Of a stretch of DNA of 64,000 nucleotides, positions 57,974 through 64,000 are shown piece after piece. Made by a program: the position numbers and the translations under genes. Where the stretch lies: NCBI GenBank assembly GCA_035297425.1, contig DATGYZ010000004.1, positions 27,158-91,157 of the forward strand, given 5' to 3'. The stretch comes from Bacteroidales bacterium (GTDB taxonomy: Bacteria > Bacteroidota > Bacteroidia > Bacteroidales > VadinHA17). The notes beneath the pieces were generated by a model. That model searched no databases, was not told the DNA's origin, and worked only from the letters and a program-made list of their open reading frames with translations. The stretch's first letter is position 1. Each line of letters opens with the position of its first letter.

Positions 57974-59638
57974 TCAATAAGAGTTGTTATGTACGCTCTT
58001 CACTGCCCGTCCTGAAGGATCGGATAAATTCCGGAATGATGCGTCCCATGCAAGCGCCTCGGCGGTACTGCAGGCTACAGAAGGAACTGATGGAACACAT
58101 GCTGCTGCTGTATCTGAGGGGAAATGATCGGTAAATATTGTACGATAGTAATATTCCTCCTTTGTAGCAGGTGGATTTACCGGGAACCTGTATTTAGCGT
58201 TTTTCAGCTGATCGTCACTAACAAAACCAGAGGTTAATTTTTTGAGAGTATCAATCCATCCATAACCAACCCCATCAGAAAACTGCTCTTTCTGACGCCA
58301 GGTGACATCTGCCGGAAGATAATCTTCAAATGCCTTACGTAAGATCCATTTCTCGATTTTATCTTTGGATGTCATTTTGTCGGCAGGATTAAGTCTCATT
58401 GCCACATCCATGAATTCCTTATCAAGAAAGGGCACCCTTCCTTCAACACCCCATGCTGCAAGTGATTTGTTGGCCCTCAGGCAATCGTACATATGCAGCT
58501 TGCTTAGTTTTCGTACAGTTTCATCATGAAATGATTCAGGGTTTGGGGCCTTATGAAAATATAGGTATCCTCCGAATATTTCGTCCGAACCTTCACCGGT
58601 GAGAACCATCTTCACTCCCATTGATTTAATTACCCTAGAAAGAAGGTACATGGGGGTTGAAGCACGTATAGTTGTAACATCATAAGTCTCGACATGGTAA
58701 ATCACATCACGAAGGGCATCCAAACCTTCCTGTATCGTAAAGTTAATTTCATGATGGATTGTTCCAATATGCCTGGCCACTTTCCTGGCGGCTGCCAGAT
58801 CAGGTGAATTCTCGAGTCCGATTGCAAAGGAATGAAGCTGAGGCCACCAGGCTTCCTGTGTATCATGGGATTCAATCCTTCTTGGTGCATATTTTTTTGC
58901 AATAGCAGAAATAATTGAAGAGTCCAATCCTCCTGACAAAAGGACACCATATGGAACATCAGACATCATCTGCCTGTGAACAGCCTTTTCAAGCGCTTCC
59001 CTAAGGTCCTTTATGCTTGACTCATTTTTCTTCACATTATTGTAATCAGTCCAGTCACGGTTGTACCATTTTTTCATAATGCCATCATTACTGTAAAGGT
59101 AATGACCAGGCTTGAATTCTGTAATTGTCCTGCACACGCCCTCCAGAGCTTTCAGTTCTGAGGAAACAAAAAAATTACCTGACTCATCCCAACCTGTATA
59201 AAGTGGTATTATACCTATATGATCGCGCGCTATCATGTAGCAATCTTTCTCCTTATCATACAGTGCAAAAGCGAATATTCCGTTAAGCTCTTCAAGGAAT
59301 GCAGGCCCTTTATCCCTGTATAAAGGAAGAATTACCTCGCAGTCGGAATTAGTAAGAAACTCATAGGAATGCTTGTATCTCTTTCTTATTTCCTGGTGGT
59401 TGTATATTTCTCCGTTGATGCTGAGTATAAGATTTTCATCTTTGCTCAACAAAGGCTGTCTACCTGACTGAGGATCAACTATTGATAACCTTTCATGAGC
59501 CAGTATTGCTTTGTTACTATAATAAATGCCTGACCAGTCGGGGCCCCTATGTCTTAGTTTCTTAGACATCCTGAGAACCAGGGGCCTTAACTCTTCTGAA
59601 TTCGATTTCAGATCAAAAACACCAATAATTCCGCACAT
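57974..59638 (-). CDS. asnB: Asparagine synthase (glutamine-hydrolysing)
   Basis: MCGIIGVF N-terminal nucleophile, SGGLDSS PP-loop, 554 aa. Confidence 0.92.
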   Translation of the reverse strand: MCGIIGVFDLKSNSEELRPLVLRMSKKLRHRGPDWSGIYYSNKAILAHERLSIVDPQSGRQPLLSKDENLILSINGEIYNHQEIRKRYKHSYEFLTNSDCEVILPLYRDKGPAFLEELNGIFAFALYDKEKDCYMIARDHIGIIPLYTGWDESGNFFVSSELKALEGVCRTITEFKPGHYLYSNDGIMKKWYNRDWTDYNNVKKNESSIKDLREALEKAVHRQMMSDVPYGVLLSGGLDSSIISAIAKKYAPRRIESHDTQEAWWPQLHSFAIGLENSPDLAAARKVARHIGTIHHEINFTIQEGLDALRDVIYHVETYDVTTIRASTPMYLLSRVIKSMGVKMVLTGEGSDEIFGGYLYFHKAPNPESFHDETVRKLSKLHMYDCLRANKSLAAWGVEGRVPFLDKEFMDVAMRLNPADKMTSKDKIEKWILRKAFEDYLPADVTWRQKEQFSDGVGYGWIDTLKKLTSGFVSDDQLKNAKYRFPVNPPATKEEYYYRTIFTDHFPSDTAAACVPSVPSVACSTAEALAWDASFRNLSDPSGRAVKSVHNNSY

Positions 59639-59853
59639 AATATTAATTTGTTTAAACTGTCCGCAAATCTAAAAAATATATTTAATAAAACTTGCATTCA
59701 AATTAATATATTTAATTATATAGAATACATATGTTAATGTATGATATATATAATACATTATAGCTTAATAAATATCATTTTAGTATTATGTATTTTTAAG
59801 AAGGAGATAATTGTATTCATCATTCTGCCAATAAAACATTAAAATTCAATAGT

Positions 59854-59861
59854 TACCTTTG
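59854..59861 (+). promoter_or_regulatory. Bacteroidota -7 box TACCTTTG for the 59890 operon
   Basis: AGTTACCTTTGG lies 28 nt upstream of the ATG at 59890. Confidence 0.5.
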
Positions 59862-59889
59862 GTAAGTATCAAGCCATTTAAGTCGTCTG

Positions 59890-61350
59890 ATGCCCGAAAT
59901 CAGAACAGATAAACTACTGACAACAATCATGGCGATTGTTGTATTTGCTATCACACTCACATGGTGGTTGATGCAATCAGGTCCTTTCAATCTGGTGGCA
60001 AGGGTTCCCGGAATGGATAACAGGCCTCCTGTACAGGTACGCTCAGACAGTGTGGTTATTGGAGAATTCTATGATTCTTTGTCATCACTGTCTTATGTTG
60101 AATATGGAGAATGGCCCAGATTTCGGGGTTCAGATTTCGATAATATTAACAAAGACACTATTGAGTTTTCAGAAAATTGGGATAGTTCAGGTCCTGAAAT
60201 AATGTGGAAGACATCATTGGGTGAAGGTTATGCAGGACCATCAGTATCTAATGGCCGGGTTTACATAATGGATTACAATGAGAGGCGGAAAACAGATGTT
60301 CTCAGGTGCTTTTCACTTGCAACAGGAGAAGAATTGTGGCGACGCTGGTATTATGTCGACCTTAAGAGAAACCATGGTTATTCAAGGACAATTCCGGCTG
60401 TTACTGATAAGTATGTTGTAACAATGGGCCCCAGATCACATGTTATGTGTGTCGATCCGGTTTATGGGAGATTGTTGTGGTCTATGGACCTTGAAAAGAA
60501 ATATGGCATTCCAGGATGGTCAAACGGCAGGGTGACTCCTGATTTCTACACCGGTCAGTGCCCGTTGATCGATGATGATGTAGCAATTATTGTTCCGGGT
60601 GTAAAAGCACTAATGATCGGGATAGATTGTGCCACAGGTAAGGTTTTATGGGAAACTCCAAATCCTGATTCTCTTAAGATGTCACATGGATCAGTAATGC
60701 CCATGGTTATAAATGGTAAACGCATGTATGTTTACAATGCTGTAGGTGGAGTATGTGGCGTATCTGCCGAAAAGGCTGATATTGGAAAACTTCTTTGGAC
60801 AATCAAGGATTGGAATCCCGCAACAACAGCCGCATCTCCGGTTCTTGTTGACTATAATAAGATTGCTGTATTTGGCAGTTATGGAGCTGGCGGAGCTTTG
60901 ATCCGGATTGAATTTGATGGTGAAAATTATGTTGCCAGCCTGGTTGAAAAACATAAATCAGCAGAAGGGCTCGCAAGCGACCAGCAGACACCTGTTTTAA
61001 TTGGTGATTATATATGGACAGTTATGCCAGAAAATGCAGGTGAGCTCAAAAAACAGCTGGTATGCTATCATAAATCCGATCTACGGAAAGCCATTTGGAC
61101 AAGCGGCAAGGAAAACAGGTTTGGCCGGGGTCTTGGACCGTATATTGTCAGCGGTAATAAGCTATATCTGCTAGATGATGATTGTAATCTGTATATGTTC
61201 AGACTGGAAAACAATAAAGTTTCACTTCTCGACAAACATAAGATGCTGGAAGGAATTGAAGCATGGGCACCTATGGCAATTGCAGGAAAATACCTGGTGT
61301 TAAGGGATTCCAGAAATATGATCTGTGTAAATATATCCGGGAAATCATGA
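59890..61350 (+). CDS. Membrane-anchored PQQ-like/BamB-like beta-propeller repeat protein
   Basis: N-terminal TM helix (LLTTIMAIVVFAITLTWWL). Repeated blade signatures include GRVYIMD...LRCFSLATGEELW, HVMCVDPVYGRLLW, IGIDCATGKVLW and NLYMFRLEN. Confidence 0.65.
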   Translation: MPEIRTDKLLTTIMAIVVFAITLTWWLMQSGPFNLVARVPGMDNRPPVQVRSDSVVIGEFYDSLSSLSYVEYGEWPRFRGSDFDNINKDTIEFSENWDSSGPEIMWKTSLGEGYAGPSVSNGRVYIMDYNERRKTDVLRCFSLATGEELWRRWYYVDLKRNHGYSRTIPAVTDKYVVTMGPRSHVMCVDPVYGRLLWSMDLEKKYGIPGWSNGRVTPDFYTGQCPLIDDDVAIIVPGVKALMIGIDCATGKVLWETPNPDSLKMSHGSVMPMVINGKRMYVYNAVGGVCGVSAEKADIGKLLWTIKDWNPATTAASPVLVDYNKIAVFGSYGAGGALIRIEFDGENYVASLVEKHKSAEGLASDQQTPVLIGDYIWTVMPENAGELKKQLVCYHKSDLRKAIWTSGKENRFGRGLGPYIVSGNKLYLLDDDCNLYMFRLENNKVSLLDKHKMLEGIEAWAPMAIAGKYLVLRDSRNMICVNISGKS

Positions 61351-62276
61351 ATAATAAGCTACTTACATTCTTCTCCCTGCTTATAGTTGCAGTATTCATT
61401 GGATATATTGTTTTCGATACGGTAAAACCTGCACAAAAGACCATCTCAGAAGAAAGTTCAAAGGAAAACTATGATGAAAACTGGGAAATAACAGATGAAT
61501 TATACTTTCCATCAGGGACTCCATGTGCAGTTGCCGTGTCATCAGATGGGAAAGTAATCGTTGGAGGAAAATCATTTATCTCCTGCTTCGACAGGGGGCT
61601 TAAAAACTTATGGTCTGTTTATACGGACTTGCCTGTAACAGCTGTGACAACTTTCGATGATTTTATTTATGCATCCACGCGCAATAGTCTGCTTGTTCTC
61701 AACACAATGGGAGCAATCACAGAGGAGCTTGGTCCCTGGAATGACAATTCTATTATTACATCGATTGCTGCGGGACAATCCACTATCGCAATTGCTGATG
61801 CAAACAACAAGGCTGTATACATCATCGATAAAGGTGGTGAGGTTTTGAAAATTCTTGGTAATGGTGAAAATGAATTTATAATACCAAGTCCCTATTTTGA
61901 TATCGTAAATTCAGATTCCGGATATGTAATAGCCAATACAGGTCTGAGGAGGCTCGAAAAATGGAACCTGGACGGCGAAATGGTCAGTTATTTCGGTGAA
62001 TCAGGCCTTGCAGCCGATGCTTTCTGCGGATGCTGCAATCCCGCTCATTTTGCACCATTCCCCGGGGGGTTCATAACAGCAGAAAAAGGAATAAACAGGA
62101 TCAAGGTTATCGACAGTACCGGAAAATTCGTGGAATTCATCTCGGCAAAAAATAATTTTAAACCCTCGATTCCACTCGATATTGCTACAGACAAAGGGGA
62201 AACTGTTTATGCAGTTAATCCTTCTGACTCAAAGTTGTATGTTTATAAAAAGATTCAGCATGATGACCCGCAATGA
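61347..62276 (+). CDS. Membrane-anchored NHL-like six-bladed beta-propeller protein with CGCCNP motif
   Basis: Its ATG overlaps the upstream stop (ATGA). There is a TM helix LLTFFSLLIVAVFIGYIVF. Blade-like repeats include AVYIIDKGGEV, RRLEKWNLDGEMV, NRIKVIDSTGKFV and KLYVYK. The motif FCGCCNPAHF is conspicuous. Confidence 0.55.
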   Translation: MNNKLLTFFSLLIVAVFIGYIVFDTVKPAQKTISEESSKENYDENWEITDELYFPSGTPCAVAVSSDGKVIVGGKSFISCFDRGLKNLWSVYTDLPVTAVTTFDDFIYASTRNSLLVLNTMGAITEELGPWNDNSIITSIAAGQSTIAIADANNKAVYIIDKGGEVLKILGNGENEFIIPSPYFDIVNSDSGYVIANTGLRRLEKWNLDGEMVSYFGESGLAADAFCGCCNPAHFAPFPGGFITAEKGINRIKVIDSTGKFVEFISAKNNFKPSIPLDIATDKGETVYAVNPSDSKLYVYKKIQHDDPQ

Positions 62277-62445
62277 TTTTTACAGGAAGCTTGTAAGATA
62301 TCTGCTTTTATCAGCGCTTATACTTATAGTTTTGCTATTAGGAAGAAAACTTGTTTATGGCGCTGATTGCAATGGATGTCCTGGCAAAAATGCCTGCAAT
62401 GGACGTTCCGGCTGTGAAGATTTTTATGGTAAGAAAAACACTTGA
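62260..62445 (+). CDS. 61-aa single-TM Cys-rich mini-protein
   Basis: MMTRNDFYRKLVRYLLLSALILIVLLLGRKLVYGADCNGCPGKNACNGRSGCEDFYGKKNT. It overlaps the upstream gene by 17 nt and ends 3 nt before the ferredoxin gene. Confidence 0.5.
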   Translation: MMTRNDFYRKLVRYLLLSALILIVLLLGRKLVYGADCNGCPGKNACNGRSGCEDFYGKKNT

Positions 62446-62448
62446 AAA

Positions 62449-63036
62449 ATGTCAACATCACAAAATAGGCTATTAACAGGGAATAAGTATCAGTCAAGGA
62501 GGAGTTTTGTGAAGAATGCCGGGCGGATAATAGTTGTAACTCCACTGGTTCTGATCCCTGCCTTCCTGTTTAAAAAGGTTGATGCTTCATCTTATGTATG
62601 GCAGATTGATCCCTTGAAATGCACGCAATGCGGACAGTGCAAGACTAATTGTGTTATGACACCATCGGCAGTCAAATGCATGCATTTATTCAGAATGTGC
62701 GGATATTGTGACCTTTGTGGAGGATACCTGAGACAGGGTGTCAGAACCATAAGTACTGCCGCTGAAAACCAGATGTGCCCGACAGGTGCCATCAACAGGA
62801 AATTTGTTGAAGAACCTTATTTTGAGTATACGATTGATGAGGAACTTTGTGATGCCTGCGGAAAATGTGTAAAAGGATGTGCAGATTTCGGTAATGGCTC
62901 TTTATATCTTCAGATCAGGCATGACCGTTGTGTAAACTGCAATGAATGTTCCATCGCAAGAGCATGTCCTTCAAATGCTATCAGCAGAATCCCTGCAGAG
63001 ATTTCTTATCTGGAAAAAGAAAAATCGCAGGAATGA
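62449..63036 (+). CDS. TAT-exported multi-[4Fe-4S] ferredoxin (NapG/MauM-like)
   Basis: Twin-arginine motif SRRSFVKNAG plus an h-region. Cluster motifs CTQCGQCKTNC, CDACGKCVKGC and CVNCNECSIARACP. Confidence 0.75.
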   Translation: MSTSQNRLLTGNKYQSRRSFVKNAGRIIVVTPLVLIPAFLFKKVDASSYVWQIDPLKCTQCGQCKTNCVMTPSAVKCMHLFRMCGYCDLCGGYLRQGVRTISTAAENQMCPTGAINRKFVEEPYFEYTIDEELCDACGKCVKGCADFGNGSLYLQIRHDRCVNCNECSIARACPSNAISRIPAEISYLEKEKSQE

Positions 63037-63058
63037 TATGAAAAATTGATGAAACGTG

Positions 63059-64000
63059 ATGAATAAATTTCTCTATATAGCTTTCTTTTTAATACTCTCA
63101 TTAAGTGCATTTTTAAATGCCCAGGACAGGTTCCCCAGGCCTGAATTTGAAAGCGGATATGAATATCATGCCAACCAGTTTCCGAAACAACGGGCCCCTG
63201 GCTGGGAATACGCTGATGTAGCAGTTCTTACAGGAGCCTTGTTCGTTACAGCCTGGCTGGCATTAAAAAAGAGATCAAGGACCGGACTTATATTGATGTC
63301 AGTTTTCTCACTTGCATATTTTGGTTTCTACAGGCAGGGTTGCATCTGTTCTGTGGGATCTGTCCAAAATGTTTCTCTATCACTGTTCAATGACAATTAT
63401 GCAATACCTGTCACAGCACTGCTTTTCTTTGTAATTCCCCTGCTTTTTGCTCTTGCATATGGCAGGGTGTTTTGTGCAGGTGTATGTCCGCTTGGAGCAA
63501 TACAGGAGCTTACCGGGATAAGACCATTAAATCTTCCGAAGAGCGCAGAAATGCTCTTTGCAGCAGTGCCATTCGCATATCTTGCACTTGCTGTAGTTTT
63601 CTCAGCTACAAACAGTCAGTTCATCATTTGCAGGTACGATCCTTTCGTTGGCATATTCAGGCTTGATGCTCCTCATACGATGATAATATTCGGAAGCCTG
63701 TTACTGCTCGCAGGTGTCTTTGTTAACCGGCCATACTGCAGGTTCCTCTGCCCTTATGGAGTTCTGCTGAATATATTTTCAAGGTTTGCCGGCAAGCATC
63801 TTACTATTACTCCGGCAGAATGTACAAACTGCAGGCTTTGTGAAAATGCATGTCCGTACAACGCAATAATCCCATCAAATGAATCTATAATCCAGAAGCC
63901 TGAAATTGAAAGAAGAAGATTTCTTACATACTTTATTCTTGTTCCTGTGCTTGCTGTTGCCGGAGGTTTATTTTTCAGGAGCATCTCACCTGTCCTTGCA
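63059..64000 (+). CDS. NapH/MauN/NosH-like membrane polyferredoxin, 3' end beyond window
   Basis: My own translation gives MNKFLYIAFFLILSLSAFLNAQ... It has four TM segments, two CX3CP motifs (FCAGVCPLG, YCRFLCPYG) and a ferredoxin motif CTNCRLCENACP. It is absent from the track because there is no stop inside the window. Confidence 0.75.
   Translation, partial: MNKFLYIAFFLILSLSAFLNAQDRFPRPEFESGYEYHANQFPKQRAPGWEYADVAVLTGALFVTAWLALKKRSRTGLILMSVFSLAYFGFYRQGCICSVGSVQNVSLSLFNDNYAIPVTALLFFVIPLLFALAYGRVFCAGVCPLGAIQELTGIRPLNLPKSAEMLFAAVPFAYLALAVVFSATNSQFIICRYDPFVGIFRLDAPHTMIIFGSLLLLAGVFVNRPYCRFLCPYGVLLNIFSRFAGKHLTITPAECTNCRLCENACPYNAIIPSNESIIQKPEIERRRFLTYFILVPVLAVAGGLFFRSISPVLA

Noticed and set aside
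1-64000. CRISPR arrays, transposases/IS elements, prophage genes, and known defence systems (restriction-modification, toxin-antitoxin, Argonaute and similar).
   Set aside because: No regularly spaced direct repeats were seen, and none of the translated ORFs shows hallmark motifs of these systems.

Overview
This 64 kb window looks like a Bacteroidota-type chromosomal segment. Supporting signs are low GC by eye, TAnnTTTG -7 promoter boxes, a T9SS type-B sorting domain, a FISUMP-domain lipoprotein and the rpmB-rpmG-DUF4295-ftsY arrangement. All functional calls come from reading motifs in the translated ORFs; no database search was possible. Coding density is high and most genes are housekeeping: rimO (partial), ftsY, rpmG/rpmB, cinA, nhaA, fabG, sucD, mnmE, pepF-like, fumC, metE, asnB and two tRNAs. 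Three regions are not ordinary. (1) At 59.9-64.0 kb an operon runs off the window end. It joins a TAT-exported NapG-like ferredoxin and a NapH-like membrane polyferredoxin to two beta-propeller proteins and a 61-aa Cys-rich mini-protein, with no recognisable catalytic reductase in view. This is my best candidate for an undescribed envelope redox system. (2) At 19.3-23.0 kb a tight three-gene operon encodes a signal-peptide protein, a secreted caspase-like (C14) protease and a lipoprotein with five tandem ~99-aa domains plus a FISUMP domain. (3) At 38.8-53.2 kb there is a ~14 kb general-stress island: CsbD, a GSP-like glycine-zipper protein, DUF4142, two DUF892, two YtxH, Mn-catalase, YihY, an lmo0937-like protein, a YhxC-like SDR and a CHASE3 kinase with a stand-alone receiver. 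Inside it a topoisomerase IB gene sits 1 nt upstream of Ku, with no LigD in view, and a recurring AACTTTG promoter box precedes five of its genes. No CRISPR array, transposase, integrase or rRNA was seen.
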